The notes: a model not told the origin generated them from the letters alone. DNA of 64,000 nucleotides from Syntrophomonadaceae bacterium (GCA_003563385.1 PWRZ01000181.1:3146-67145); one strand, 5' to 3'; counted from the stretch's first letter, positions 29,970-40,141 are shown. Program-made: numbers and translations.

Positions 29970-30725
29970 ATGAACGAAAACGTACAAAGTGAAAAAGAAG
30001 GAACTTTGTTCGAGCTGGTTCACAAAAACAAGCTCCCCGAGCATGTGGCTATTATAATGGACGGCAACGGCAGGTGGGCAAGGGAGCAGGGGTTGCCCCG
30101 CATGACCGGCCACAAGGCGGGCATGGATACTTTGATCGATATAGTTGGCTGTGCAAACGAACTGGGCCTCAAAATAGTTACTTTTTACGCTTTTTCTACT
30201 GAAAACTGGAAAAGGCCTTTGCAGGAGGTCAGCTTTTTAATGCAGCTCCCGGAAGAGTACCTGCAGAAAGAGCTGCACAGGCTAATAGAAAAAAATATAG
30301 TTATAACGGTAATGGGCGACCTGGAAGGGCTCCCCGGCAATACCAGCGTTGCGGTTAAGAAAGCGCTGCAGGCTACCCGGAATAATAAAGGGATGATCCT
30401 TAATTTCGCCTTAAACTACGGGGGCCGCTCTGAGATACTGAATGCCGTGAAGCGGGTCTCCAGGGACGTCAGTGACGGTGTGCTGGATGAAGAACACATT
30501 ACAGAAGAAGTCTTTTCAAGCTACCTCTATACCGGCGGATTCCCGGACCCCGACCTGCTCATTCGCCCCAGTGGAGAGCTGAGGATAAGCAATTTTTTGC
30601 TCTGGCAGATGGCCTATACAGAGTTGTGGTTTAACAGCATACTGTGGCCCGATTTTAAAAGAGAGCATTTTTTGGAGGCCATCCTCGATTACCAGAACAG
30701 GGAAAGAAGGTTCGGCGGTATTTAA
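29970..30725 (+). CDS. uppS: Isoprenyl transferase (undecaprenyl-diphosphate synthase)
   Basis: HVAIIMDGNGRWA..., ..SFLLWQMAYTELWF.. 251 aa. Confidence 0.9.
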   Translation: MNENVQSEKEGTLFELVHKNKLPEHVAIIMDGNGRWAREQGLPRMTGHKAGMDTLIDIVGCANELGLKIVTFYAFSTENWKRPLQEVSFLMQLPEEYLQKELHRLIEKNIVITVMGDLEGLPGNTSVAVKKALQATRNNKGMILNFALNYGGRSEILNAVKRVSRDVSDGVLDEEHITEEVFSSYLYTGGFPDPDLLIRPSGELRISNFLLWQMAYTELWFNSILWPDFKREHFLEAILDYQNRERRFGGI

Positions 30726-30745
30726 AAGCAGCCGGGGCAAGGCGG

Positions 30746-31546
30746 GTGTTTGCAATGTTAAAAACAAGAATACTGACGATCTTGATAGGGACCCCGGTAG
30801 TGCTTTTTTTTATCTACCTGGGGGGATACTGGTACGGGCTGTTCGTGGCCATTGTTTCGCTCCTCGGTATCAGGGAATACTTTCATTTAATGCGCAGGGC
30901 CGGCTGGAATGCTGTTGAGCTCTCCGGCTACCTGTTTGTTCCCCTGGCCCTTTTTACCGTTTACAGCGAGAGCCCGGCCCTGGTAATATCTATATGGGTG
31001 CTCTTTTTTATCTCCATTAACCTGTTTTCGGTATTCTGGTATACCAAAGTTAAAATATGGGATTCGGCGGTTACTTTTTGGGGAATAATATACACCGGCG
31101 GCCTGGCCTCGTTTATAATTGCCATCAGGTTACTGCCGCAGGGCCTTGAGCTCACTTTACTATTTTTCCTGCTGATATGGACCACTGATGTAACGGCTTA
31201 CATCGTTGGCAGTTTCTGGGGCCGGAGGCCCATTGCACCAATTCTCAGCCCCAGTAAAACAGTGGAAGGGACTTTCGGCGGCCTGGCGGGAAGCAGCCTG
31301 GCGGGCATGCTTCTGCCGGTACTGCTGCTGCCCGGCTTGATAAGCCTGCAGGAAGGTTTTTTACTCGGTCTGGTTATCGGTATTATCGGTGCTGTAGGTG
31401 ATTTAAACCAGTCTGCTTTTAAAAGAAATGTCGGCGCCAAGGATTCCGGGGATATCCTGCCGGGGCATGGCGGCATACTGGACCGCTTTGACAGCCTTTT
31501 TTTCGCCTCACCGTTTTTCTACATGATAATAATTTATTTAATATAA
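30746..31546 (+). CDS. cdsA: Phosphatidate cytidylyltransferase
   Basis: Polytopic membrane protein with the C-terminal CTP-transferase signature ..SAFKRNVGAKDSGDILPGHGGILDRFDS.. Confidence 0.85.
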   Translation: MFAMLKTRILTILIGTPVVLFFIYLGGYWYGLFVAIVSLLGIREYFHLMRRAGWNAVELSGYLFVPLALFTVYSESPALVISIWVLFFISINLFSVFWYTKVKIWDSAVTFWGIIYTGGLASFIIAIRLLPQGLELTLLFFLLIWTTDVTAYIVGSFWGRRPIAPILSPSKTVEGTFGGLAGSSLAGMLLPVLLLPGLISLQEGFLLGLVIGIIGAVGDLNQSAFKRNVGAKDSGDILPGHGGILDRFDSLFFASPFFYMIIIYLI

Positions 31547-31617
31547 TAGTATTTTTAACCAGGGCCGGTTAGTATTTGGCGACATTATCTGGTATAATTA
31601 TCAAGAGGGAGATGGGT

Positions 31618-32784
31618 ATGTCAAGAAGGATAATAATACTGGGTTCTACCGGCTCTATAGGAACCCAGACCCTGCAGGTTATAGACCGCTTTACCGCTAA
31701 GTTTACCATCGCCGGTCTTTCCGCTGGTAAGAATATTGACCTGCTGGAGCGCCAAATCAGGAAATACAGGCCTGAGGTCGCCGCAGTAGCGGACGAAGAA
31801 AGAGCGGTGCAGCTGAGAAATCGCACCCGCGACACCCGCACAGCGGTCATCGGTGGAGAAAAAAGCCTGCTGGAGCTTGCTTCATGGCCCGGCGCGGAGC
31901 TCGTCGTCGTTGCACTGGTCGGATTTAGCGGCTTTCAACCCACCCTTGCGGCAGTAAAAGAGGGCAGGACGGTTGCGCTGGCCAACAAGGAAGCACTGGT
32001 GGTAGGTGGAGAGCTTATTACCGCTGCGGCAAAACAACGGCAGGTCTTCATTATACCTGTTGACAGCGAGCACTCAGCCATTTTCCAATGCCTTCATGCG
32101 GGCCGTGAAGTTGAAGTAAAAAAAGTTATCCTTACTGCTTCTGGTGGTCCATTCCTCGGTAAAAGCCTCGAGCAGCTTAAAGATGTTAAGCCTTCAGATG
32201 CCTTAAATCATCCCAACTGGGAAATGGGACAGAAAGTGACTGTCGATTCGGCCACTTTAATGAACAAGGGGTTTGAAGTACTGGAAGCCCGCTGGCTCTT
32301 CGGCCTGGAGCAGGAAAAAATAGACGTGGTCATACACCCGGAAAGCATTGTCCATTCCATGGTTGAATTTATAGACGGTTCGGTTATAGCGCAGATGGGG
32401 CTGCCGGAGATGCTGCTTCCGATCCAGTACGCCCTCAGCTATCCGCAGAGGTGGGAGGCACCCCTTCCGGCACCGGATTGGAAGAAGGGATATACCCTCA
32501 ACTTTTTAGCCCCTGACCGGGTGAGCTTTCCCTGCCTCGACCTTGCCTGCAGGGCCGGGGAAAAGGGAGGGACTCTGCCGGCCGTTCTAAACGCCGCAAA
32601 CGAAATAACGGTGCACAAATTTTTGCAGGGGAAGCTGTCTTTTTTGCATCTACCGGTAATATTGGAAAAGGTTATGGATAGGCACGAGGTTAAATATAAC
32701 CCTTCTCCTGGTGAAATAATAGATGCTCATTACTGGGCAATAGAAGAAGCTCGAATAGGGCTGGAGGGAAATGGCCCTCTCTAG
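31618..32784 (+). CDS. dxr: 1-deoxy-D-xylulose 5-phosphate reductoisomerase
   Basis: RIIILGSTGSIGTQTL N-terminus, ..LANKEALV.., ..VDSEHSAIFQCL.. ATG 31618 with a GGGAG Shine-Dalgarno. Confidence 0.9.
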   Translation: MSRRIIILGSTGSIGTQTLQVIDRFTAKFTIAGLSAGKNIDLLERQIRKYRPEVAAVADEERAVQLRNRTRDTRTAVIGGEKSLLELASWPGAELVVVALVGFSGFQPTLAAVKEGRTVALANKEALVVGGELITAAAKQRQVFIIPVDSEHSAIFQCLHAGREVEVKKVILTASGGPFLGKSLEQLKDVKPSDALNHPNWEMGQKVTVDSATLMNKGFEVLEARWLFGLEQEKIDVVIHPESIVHSMVEFIDGSVIAQMGLPEMLLPIQYALSYPQRWEAPLPAPDWKKGYTLNFLAPDRVSFPCLDLACRAGEKGGTLPAVLNAANEITVHKFLQGKLSFLHLPVILEKVMDRHEVKYNPSPGEIIDAHYWAIEEARIGLEGNGPL

Positions 32785-32808
32785 AAAACTAAGGTAGGGG
32801 AGTTTATC

Positions 32809-33831
32809 ATGTTTAACTTGAACACAATAGTAGCAGCAGTTATAATATTTGGGCTGCTTGTGTTTGTTCATGAGCTTGGCCACTTCCTGGTGGCCAGGTG
32901 GGTCGGCATCAAGGTGCTCGAGTTTGCCATGGGCTTCGGCAAAGTGCTGTTCGGATGGGAAAAAGAGGGAACCCGCTACACTTTGAGATTGTTTCCCCTG
33001 GGCGGTTTTTGCCGCATGCTTGGTGAAGACCCCGATGATTCCTATAAAGAAGGAAGTTTCCAGAACAAACCGGTCAGATCTCGTTTTGCCGTTATCGCAG
33101 CCGGTTCCTTGATGAATTTTTTGCTGGCGGCGGTCCTTTTTTCACTTGTTTATTTTCTTTTCCTCGGTGTGCCGCAGACTCAGAGCACGCAGATAGGGCA
33201 GGTCCTGGAGGACAGCAGGGCTTACGAGGTCGGTATTAAAGAAGGGGACGTTATCGCAGCCATTAACGGTAACGAAGTAGACGACTGGGACAGTGTTGTC
33301 TCCAAGATTCATGCCAGCCCCGAAGAGGAAATAGTCCTGCTGGTCAGCCGTAACAACGAGCAGTTCACTGTTCCCGTAATTCCCCGGGAAGAGGGAGGGC
33401 GCGGCTTTATCGGTATCGCCCCTGTTTATGAAAAATATGCCCTTTTCTCTTCTATTTACCTCGGTTTTACCTACACCTGGCTTTTTATAAAGCTGATATT
33501 CGTCAGTTTGTACCAGATGATAACCGGTGCTATCCCCGCCGACGTTGCCGGCCCGGTAGGTATAGTAGCCGTGGTCGGCGAAGTGGCCCAGGAGGGCCTG
33601 GGCAACCTCTTTTCGCTGGCGGCAATCATCAGCGTAAACCTGGGTATTATCAATCTGCTTCCCATACCGGCCCTCGATGGAAGCAGGCTGGTATTCCTTG
33701 CCATTGAATGGGTCAGGGGCAAACCGATTGATCCCCAGAAGGAAGGCTTTATCCACTTTATCGGTTTTACCGTTTTGATACTGCTTATGATACTGATCGC
33801 TTTCCAGGATATATCGAGGCTGATGCTGTAA
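32809..33831 (+). CDS. rseP: RIP metalloprotease RseP (site-2 protease family M50)
   Basis: HELGHFLVAR zinc motif, an internal PDZ domain, and C-terminal ..NLLPIPALDGSRL.. Confidence 0.85.
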   Translation: MFNLNTIVAAVIIFGLLVFVHELGHFLVARWVGIKVLEFAMGFGKVLFGWEKEGTRYTLRLFPLGGFCRMLGEDPDDSYKEGSFQNKPVRSRFAVIAAGSLMNFLLAAVLFSLVYFLFLGVPQTQSTQIGQVLEDSRAYEVGIKEGDVIAAINGNEVDDWDSVVSKIHASPEEEIVLLVSRNNEQFTVPVIPREEGGRGFIGIAPVYEKYALFSSIYLGFTYTWLFIKLIFVSLYQMITGAIPADVAGPVGIVAVVGEVAQEGLGNLFSLAAIISVNLGIINLLPIPALDGSRLVFLAIEWVRGKPIDPQKEGFIHFIGFTVLILLMILIAFQDISRLML

Positions 33832-33872
33832 ACGGCCCTAACTTTTGCAGCACGCTGCGGCCGGGAGGAGTG

Positions 33873-33887
33873 ATGAAAGCTGCGTAA
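33873..33887 (+). other. Four-codon mini-ORF (MKAA-stop) with a strong Shine-Dalgarno, just upstream of the ispG GTG start
   Basis: GGGAGGAGtgATGAAAGCTGCGTAA. The stop lies 13 nt before the ispG start codon, which itself has only a weak Shine-Dalgarno. Confidence 0.3.
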
Positions 33888-33900
33888 AGAAACAAAGGCG

Positions 33901-34944
33901 GTGCCGGTAGGAAATGTTACCATCGGCGGCGGGGCACCCGTTGTCATTCAGTCCATGACCAATACTGACACGGCCGACATTGAGGGGACGCTGCAGCAGG
34001 TATACATGCTTGCCGAGGCCGGCTGCGAGGTGGCGCGCATTGCCGCTGTTGATGAAAACTCGGTAAAGCAAATCGGTATTATCAAGAGATATTCCCCCCT
34101 GCCCCTTGTGGCAGATGTGCAGTTTGATTACCGCCTGGCCCTGCTTTCCATTGAGGAAGGGGTCGATAAAGTCAGAATTAACCCCGGCAATATCGGTGGG
34201 GAGGATAAACTAAAAAAGGTTGCCCTGACGGCAAAAGACAGGGGTATTCCCATACGAATAGGCGTTAATACGGGCTCAATCAGCACCGAGATGCTCAAGA
34301 AATACGGGGGCCCCACGGCAGGCGCACTGGTAGAGTCTGCCCTGCGCACGGTTGACTGCCTGGAAAGATGTTCTTTTTACGACATGATCGTATCGCTGAA
34401 AGCTTCCAGCGTCACTGCAACTGTAGAGGCCTACGAGGAAATTTCAAGCCGCATCCCCTACCCGCTGCACCTTGGTGTTACGGAAGCGGGAAAAGGCTGG
34501 AAAGGGATCATCAAGTCTTCTGTAGGCATCGGTTCCCTGCTGCTGAGGGGAATTGGAGATACTATAAGGGTGTCGTTGACGGGAGACCCCCTGGAGGAAA
34601 TATACGCGGCCAGGGATATCCTGCAGGCTTCAGAAGTACGGTATTTTGGTCCTGATATAGTGTCCTGCCCAACATGTTCCCGCGCCACTATTGACGTTTC
34701 CGGCCTTGTGGACCGGGTTGAAGAGATGGTTAAGGATATTGACTGCCCTGTTAAAATAGCCGTAATGGGCTGCCCGGTGAACGGACCCGGTGAAGCCCGT
34801 CATGCGGATATAGGGATATCCGGCGGAGAGGGTTTTGGTATTGTTTTTAAAGAAGGAAAGGTGACAAAAAAAGTAAACCTGGAGAATCTATGTGCAGTCC
34901 TGGAAACGGAAATAAGAGAAATAGTGTCCGCAAAGGAAGGATAA
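33901..34944 (+). CDS. ispG: 4-hydroxy-3-methylbut-2-en-1-yl diphosphate synthase (GcpE)
   Basis: VGNVTIGGGAPVVIQSMTNTDT...; C-terminal CPTCSR..C..GCPVNGPGE 4Fe-4S ligands. Confidence 0.9.
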   Translation: MPVGNVTIGGGAPVVIQSMTNTDTADIEGTLQQVYMLAEAGCEVARIAAVDENSVKQIGIIKRYSPLPLVADVQFDYRLALLSIEEGVDKVRINPGNIGGEDKLKKVALTAKDRGIPIRIGVNTGSISTEMLKKYGGPTAGALVESALRTVDCLERCSFYDMIVSLKASSVTATVEAYEEISSRIPYPLHLGVTEAGKGWKGIIKSSVGIGSLLLRGIGDTIRVSLTGDPLEEIYAARDILQASEVRYFGPDIVSCPTCSRATIDVSGLVDRVEEMVKDIDCPVKIAVMGCPVNGPGEARHADIGISGGEGFGIVFKEGKVTKKVNLENLCAVLETEIREIVSAKEG

Positions 34945-34956
34945 CTGTCTCAGTAA

Positions 34957-35601
34957 ATGAATACCATTGCAATAATCCCGGCATTTAACGAAGAAAAGAC
35001 CATTGGAAACGTGCTTTCAGTTTTGCAGAAGGTCGCTCCTCCCCTGGACAGGATTATTGTGGTCAGCGACGGTTCTACTGATAAAACTGTCCAAACAGCG
35101 CAGAGTTTTGGTGTTGAAGTGGTTGCACTGGCTAAAAATCGCGGCAAGGGCGCAGCGTTAAAAGCGGGCCTGGATAACTTCAGCACCGACATCGTCCTCC
35201 TGCTGGATGCCGACCTAATTGGTTTAACACCGGCGCATGTCCACAGCCTCCTTGAACCGGTGCGGCAGGGGGAAGCGGATATGACCGTGGGCATTTTTGA
35301 AAAAGGGCGCATAGCCACGGACCTGGCCCAAAAGCTAGCCCCTTACCTTTCAGGCCAGAGAGCCATTCGCTCTTCGCTGCTGGCAGAGATAACGGACCTG
35401 GAGAAAGCCCGCTATGGTGTTGACCTGGCCTTAAGCCGTTTTACCGAATCGGCAGGCCTCAGGGTAAAAGAGGTCATCCTGCCGGATATGACGCACGTTA
35501 TGAAGGAAGAAAAGCTCGGGGTGTACAGGGGCCTGGTGGCCAGGATGAAGATGTACTGGGAGATAATCGGCTATTTGAGCAAGTTTAACTCCCTGAAGTA
35601 G
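34957..35601 (+). CDS. Family 2 glycosyltransferase (DPM/DPG-synthase-like, short form)
   Basis: IAIIPAFNEEKTIGNVL...IIVVSDGSTDKT...DADL GT-A fold motifs. 214 aa. Confidence 0.75.
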   Translation: MNTIAIIPAFNEEKTIGNVLSVLQKVAPPLDRIIVVSDGSTDKTVQTAQSFGVEVVALAKNRGKGAALKAGLDNFSTDIVLLLDADLIGLTPAHVHSLLEPVRQGEADMTVGIFEKGRIATDLAQKLAPYLSGQRAIRSSLLAEITDLEKARYGVDLALSRFTESAGLRVKEVILPDMTHVMKEEKLGVYRGLVARMKMYWEIIGYLSKFNSLK

Positions 35602-35607
35602 CTTCTC

Positions 35608-35636
35608 TTGCACATTTCGAGGAGATATGATAGAAT
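35608..35636 (+). promoter_or_regulatory. Sigma-A promoter of the rimP-nusA-infB operon (TTGCAC-17-TAGAAT)
   Basis: cTTGCACatttcgaggagatatgaTAGAATatt. Confidence 0.55.
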
Positions 35637-35667
35637 ATTTCTACCAGTATAGCAGGAAAATGCGTAG

Positions 35668-35697
35668 AGAGTGGGCTTTACCCCACTCTTTATTCTT
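35668..35697 (+). terminator. Leader terminator-type attenuator between the promoter and rimP (candidate NusA autoregulatory terminator)
   Basis: AGAGTGGG-ctttac-CCCACTCT 8-bp stem followed by TTATTCTT. It lies ~25 nt downstream of the predicted start site and ~20 nt before the rimP TTG. Confidence 0.5.
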
Positions 35698-35717
35698 AAA
35701 AAAACAGGGGAGATGTA

Positions 35718-36206
35718 TTGACAGTTATGAATACCGGCAGCGGGAAGAACAGGAAAGTTTCTGTCGATGTTATTGAGAAAATGGCGGAAGATGTTGTTGG
35801 AGATATGGGAATGGAACTGGTAGGAGTTGAGCTGAAAGTTTTGCGGGGAAAACCGCACCTAATTGTCTACATAGATAAACCGGGAGGGGTTTTTATTGAA
35901 GACTGCGAGCGTGTCAGCAGGGCCCTTGAAGAGATAATGGACATTGAAGACCCCATACCCTCCAGCTATGTACTGGAAGTATCGTCGCCCGGCATAGAAA
36001 GGATTTTAAGTAAGCGGGAGGACTTTGCCCGCTTTGCTGGGGAAGAGGTTAAAATAAAAACATTTCAGAAAATAACGGGCCGCAGGAACTTTACCGGGGT
36101 ATTGTTGGGTTGTGAAGACGAACTTGTAACCATACGTACAGAAGAAGCGGAAAATGTGACAATACCCCTGGGCCATATTGCTAAAGCCAATCTCTCGGGT
36201 AAATAA
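35718..36206 (+). CDS. rimP: Ribosome maturation factor RimP
   Basis: ..VVGDMGMELVGVELKVLRGKPHLIVYIDKPGGV..LEVSSPGIERIL.. is the RimP pattern. TTG start. Confidence 0.8.
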   Translation: MTVMNTGSGKNRKVSVDVIEKMAEDVVGDMGMELVGVELKVLRGKPHLIVYIDKPGGVFIEDCERVSRALEEIMDIEDPIPSSYVLEVSSPGIERILSKREDFARFAGEEVKIKTFQKITGRRNFTGVLLGCEDELVTIRTEEAENVTIPLGHIAKANLSGK

Positions 36207-36224
36207 TAAGAGGAGGTAAAAAAG

Positions 36225-37580
36225 GTGAACCACGACTTTATGGCTGCCCTGGAAGCCATTGAAAAAGAGAAGGGGATAAAGAAAGAAACTCTTTTTGAAG
36301 CCATAGAAGCGGCCCTGATTTCAGCGTATAAACGCAATTTCAACTCCGCCCACAATGTCAGGGTTGTTATTAAAAGAGAAACGGGCGATATAAAGGTATA
36401 TTCATGTCTCAACGTTGTGGGATCGGTTACCAATCCCCAGCAGGAGATATTAATTGATGAAGCCAGGCGTGAAGACCCGCTGTGCGAAGTAGGGGACGTA
36501 AAAGAAATTGAGGTTACTCCCAAAAATTTTGGAAGGATTGCCGCCCAGACAGCCAAACAGGTGGTTATCCAGAGGATAAGGGAAGCGGAAAGGGAACTGG
36601 TATACGAGGATTTTATAGACAGGGTGGACGATATCATTACCGGCGTTGTGCAGCGTTTTGAGCAAAAGAACGCTATCATTAATGTCGGCAAAACAGAGGC
36701 CATTCTTACCCCGTCTGAGCAGATCCAGGGAGAAACGTATAAACAGGGAGATCGTATAAAGGTATATATAACCGAGGTGAAAAAGACGACAAAAGGCCCG
36801 CAGGTTTTTGTGTCGCGCTCACACCCCGGGCTTTTAAAGCGTCTGTTTGAGCTGGAGGTTCCGGAAATATATAATGGGGTTGTAGAAATCAAATCGGTGG
36901 CACGTGAACCGGGCTACCGTTCCAAAATAGCGGTTTGCTCTCTTAGCAAAGACGTTGACCCGGTGGGAGCATGCGTCGGCCCGAAAGGTTCAAGGGTCCA
37001 GGCCATTGTGGGGGAGTTAAGAGGCGAAAAAATTGACATTATCGAATGGAATGATCACCCGGAGGTTTTTGTAGCCAGCTCCCTGAGCCCCTCCAAAGTA
37101 GTAAAGGTGGAGATAATGCCGGAGAGCAAGTCCGCCACGGTAATTGTGCCGGATTATCAGCTTTCCCTTGCCATAGGCAAGGAGGGCCAAAATGCGCGTC
37201 TGGCGGCAAAGCTGACCTCGTGGAAAATTGATATTGTGAGCGAATCAAAGTACAGTGAAAGGAAGGCTGAAGAAAAAGCCGCTGAATCTTTAACAGGGCA
37301 GGAAGAAGAGGAGGCCGGGGAAGAAGATACCCTGCCGGTTACTGAGGCAGTGACGGAAGCACCGGCTGAAGACAGTGCAAGAGAAGACGAACAGGAAGCA
37401 GAGCTGGAAGGCCTTCAAATCAGTACCGGCGGCGGCGATCAGATAAACTACCGGCAAGTTGAAGATGAAGGGGTTGAAGGTGAGCAGCAGAACGAGGAGC
37501 AGCAGAACGAGGAGCAGCAGAACGAGGAGCAGCAGAACGAGGAGCAGCAGAACGAGGAGCAGCAGAACGAGGAGCGCTGA
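36225..37580 (+). CDS. nusA: Transcription termination/antitermination factor NusA with a C-terminal acidic repeat extension
   Basis: Canonical NusA N-terminal, S1 and KH1/KH2 regions, then a ~100-aa acidic tail that ends in (EEQQN)x6. Confidence 0.9.
   Translation: MNHDFMAALEAIEKEKGIKKETLFEAIEAALISAYKRNFNSAHNVRVVIKRETGDIKVYSCLNVVGSVTNPQQEILIDEARREDPLCEVGDVKEIEVTPKNFGRIAAQTAKQVVIQRIREAERELVYEDFIDRVDDIITGVVQRFEQKNAIINVGKTEAILTPSEQIQGETYKQGDRIKVYITEVKKTTKGPQVFVSRSHPGLLKRLFELEVPEIYNGVVEIKSVAREPGYRSKIAVCSLSKDVDPVGACVGPKGSRVQAIVGELRGEKIDIIEWNDHPEVFVASSLSPSKVVKVEIMPESKSATVIVPDYQLSLAIGKEGQNARLAAKLTSWKIDIVSESKYSERKAEEKAAESLTGQEEEEAGEEDTLPVTEAVTEAPAEDSAREDEQEAELEGLQISTGGGDQINYRQVEDEGVEGEQQNEEQQNEEQQNEEQQNEEQQNEEQQNEER
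37482..37571 (+). repeat. Perfect tandem repeat (GAGCAGCAGAACGAG)x6 inside the 3' end of nusA
   Basis: Six identical 15-nt units read from the sequence. They encode (EQQNE)x6 directly before the nusA stop. Confidence 0.9.
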
Positions 37581-37641
37581 TTGATCGGCAAAGGGTTTTA
37601 ATGTACCTGTACGCATGGGAAAGGAGGACGCTGCTTGAGCG

Positions 37642-37926
37642 ATGGCTAGGAAGAAGCGCAAGGTGCCTTTGAGGATGTGTCTTGCATGCCGTAAAGGCAG
37701 AGATAAAAGAGAGCTGATCCGTGTGATCAGGACCCCGGAGGGTGAAATAGAACTGGATTTTACGGGAAAAAAAACGGGGAGAGGAGCATACATCTGCCCC
37801 GATTTACCGTGCCTGCAGAAGGCCATAAAAGGAAAAGCACTGCAAAAAAGCCTGCAGAGGACGATCCCAGAAAACATTACGGAGGTTTTAAAGCAAAAGC
37901 TGGAAGAGGAAGCTAAACAGGGGTAG
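37642..37926 (+). CDS. ylxR: YlxR/RnpM family RNA-binding protein (DUF448)
   Basis: ..PLRMCLACRKGRDKRELIRVIRTPEGEIELDFTGKKTGRGAYICPD.. is the DUF448 signature. Confidence 0.8.
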   Translation: MARKKRKVPLRMCLACRKGRDKRELIRVIRTPEGEIELDFTGKKTGRGAYICPDLPCLQKAIKGKALQKSLQRTIPENITEVLKQKLEEEAKQG

Positions 37927-38050
37927 TTATTTTAGCAGATCTCCTATGTCAATATTTAAACATCGACTGGTAACAAGCCAGGCCGGTAGTTTTATTAAGA
38001 TTGCGGCAGCTTTAATATCAAAGGGAGGTCAAAAAATGGAGGTGTAATAA

Positions 38051-40141
38051 GTGGCTAAGGTAAGGGTTTACGAGCTGGCCAAGGAGCTGGGAATAAATAG
38101 CAAGAAATTAATAGCTGTTTTGAAAGATTTTAACGTAGAAGCAAAAAACCATATGAGCACCATTGATGAAGAAACAGCCAGGCAGATAGTTGATAAATTA
38201 ACCAAAGGTGAAAAAAAACCCCCCGTTTCTGAGTCCGCAAAAGATGAAAAACAGGAAGTAGAATCAAAAAAAGAGCCGGAAAAGAAAAAGGTTCGCCGTA
38301 AGAAAGCGGGAACAAAGGAAAGGTCTACCAGGGAAGGCCGAAAGGCCAGGAAAGCAGCCAGAATGGCTATGGAGAAAAAACCGAGCAGCGAAGAAGTCAT
38401 TTTACTGGAAGGAAGGGTGACCGTCGGTGAACTGGCCGGCAGGTTAAACGTGCCAGCCTCTGCAATTCTATCAAAGCTCCTGGAGCTGGGCATTATTTCT
38501 AATATCAACCGGCAGCTTGATGAGGATTTGCTGGAGATACTGTCCGAAGAATACGGGATCGTTTTTAAGCTAAAAAAAGACCCTAACGAAGAAGAGCTGC
38601 TGGCGCTTTCTGAAGAGGATATCGACAGCAGGGCTGTCAAAAGCAGGCCCCCGGTAGTAACTGTACTCGGGCACGTGGACCACGGGAAAACTTCGCTGCT
38701 CGATGTCATCAGGGAAACAAACGTTCTTGCTTCGGAAGCAGGAGGCATTACGCAGCATATCGGCGCTTACATGGCCGAAGTTAACGCTAAGAAGGTCGTC
38801 TTTCTGGATACACCGGGACACGAAGCGTTTACGGCAATGCGCGCGCGGGGGGCACAGGCAACGGATATCGCCATCATGGTGGTGGCGGCGGATGACGGTG
38901 TGATGCCCCAAACTATAGAGGCCATCAACCATGCCAGGGCCGCGGGAGTGCCGATAATCGTGGCCCTGAATAAAATTGATAAGCTCAACGCCAACCCCGA
39001 CAGGGTCAAGCAGCAGCTCTCAGAGGTGGGCCTTGTACCGGAAGAATGGGGTGGCAACACTATTTGTGTAAACGTAAGCGCTATCAAAAAAGAGGGGCTT
39101 GAAGAACTTCTCGAAATGGTGCTGCTTGTTGCTGAAATGTCCGAGCTACAGGCCAATTACTCACGGCTTGCCAGGGGCATAGTAATAGAAGCGAAACTGG
39201 ACCGGGGACGCGGGCCTGTGGCCACCATGCTTATTCAAGACGGGGTAATGGAAGTTGGAGATCCTGTTATATGTGGAAGTATTTACGGCAAGGTCAGGGC
39301 AATGATTGACGACAAGGGTAAGAGGATTAAAAAAGCGGGGCCCTCAACGCCTGTAGAGGTGCAGGGGCTCACCGGTGTCCCGCAGGCCGGAGATAACTTT
39401 ACGGTTGTCAAGGATGAAAAGCTGGCCCGGCAGATAGCCTTAAAGCGGGGGGAAAAGTTAAGAGAAGCGACCCTGCGCAAAAAGCAGAAGGTGAGCCTGG
39501 ATGATTTCTTCAAGCAGATCCAGGAAGGTGAAAGAGAGCTGAACATCATTATTAAGGCTGATGTTCAGGGATCGGCCGAAGCGCTGGATGAATCGCTGCA
39601 AAAAATAGAGAGCGAGCAGGTCAAAATAAAGATTATCCACAAGGGAGTGGGGGCTATTACAGAGTCGGACGTAATGCTGGCGTCAGCTTCCAATGCCATC
39701 ATTTTAGGGTTTAATGTCAGGCCTGAGGCAAATGCCAGCAAGCTGGCCGAAAGAGAACATGTCGATATTAAGCTCTACAGGGTTATTTACGAGGCCATCG
39801 ATGATGTAAAAGCGGCCCTGCTCGGTTTACTGGAACCGGAGTACGAGGAAGTAGTTCTCGGGCGCGCGGAGATCCGGCAAGTATTCAAGGTGTCCAGGGT
39901 TGGTAACATAGCCGGGACCTACGTCACCGAAGGTAAAATCAGCCGCAATGCAGAAGTAAGGCTGCTCAGGGATGGAGTGGTCATACATGAAGGGAAAATA
40001 GATTCTTTAAAACGCTACAAAGATGATGCAAAAGAGGTAAACAGCGGATTTGAGTGCGGTATTCTGCTGGAAAACTTTAACGATATAAAAGAAGGGGATA
40101 TCCTGGAAGCATTTCTATTACAGAAGGTTGTTCCTTCATAA
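38051..40141 (+). CDS. infB: Translation initiation factor IF-2
   Basis: N-terminal [14 protein letters not shown]; G-domain [29 protein letters not shown]. 696 aa. Confidence 0.9.
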   Translation: MAKVRVYELAKELGINSKKLIAVLKDFNVEAKNHMSTIDEETARQIVDKLTKGEKKPPVSESAKDEKQEVESKKEPEKKKVRRKKAGTKERSTREGRKARKAARMAMEKKPSSEEVILLEGRVTVGELAGRLNVPASAILSKLLELGIISNINRQLDEDLLEILSEEYGIVFKLKKDPNEEELLALSEEDIDSRAVKSRPPVVTVLGHVDHGKTSLLDVIRETNVLASEAGGITQHIGAYMAEVNAKKVVFLDTPGHEAFTAMRARGAQATDIAIMVVAADDGVMPQTIEAINHARAAGVPIIVALNKIDKLNANPDRVKQQLSEVGLVPEEWGGNTICVNVSAIKKEGLEELLEMVLLVAEMSELQANYSRLARGIVIEAKLDRGRGPVATMLIQDGVMEVGDPVICGSIYGKVRAMIDDKGKRIKKAGPSTPVEVQGLTGVPQAGDNFTVVKDEKLARQIALKRGEKLREATLRKKQKVSLDDFFKQIQEGERELNIIIKADVQGSAEALDESLQKIESEQVKIKIIHKGVGAITESDVMLASASNAIILGFNVRPEANASKLAEREHVDIKLYRVIYEAIDDVKAALLGLLEPEYEEVVLGRAEIRQVFKVSRVGNIAGTYVTEGKISRNAEVRLLRDGVVIHEGKIDSLKRYKDDAKEVNSGFECGILLENFNDIKEGDILEAFLLQKVVPS

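Noticed and set aside
37290-37877. - strand ORF with (LLLLV)n repeats
   Set aside because: It is the antisense translation of the nusA 15-bp tandem repeat and the ylxR region. It is a shadow of well-supported + strand genes.
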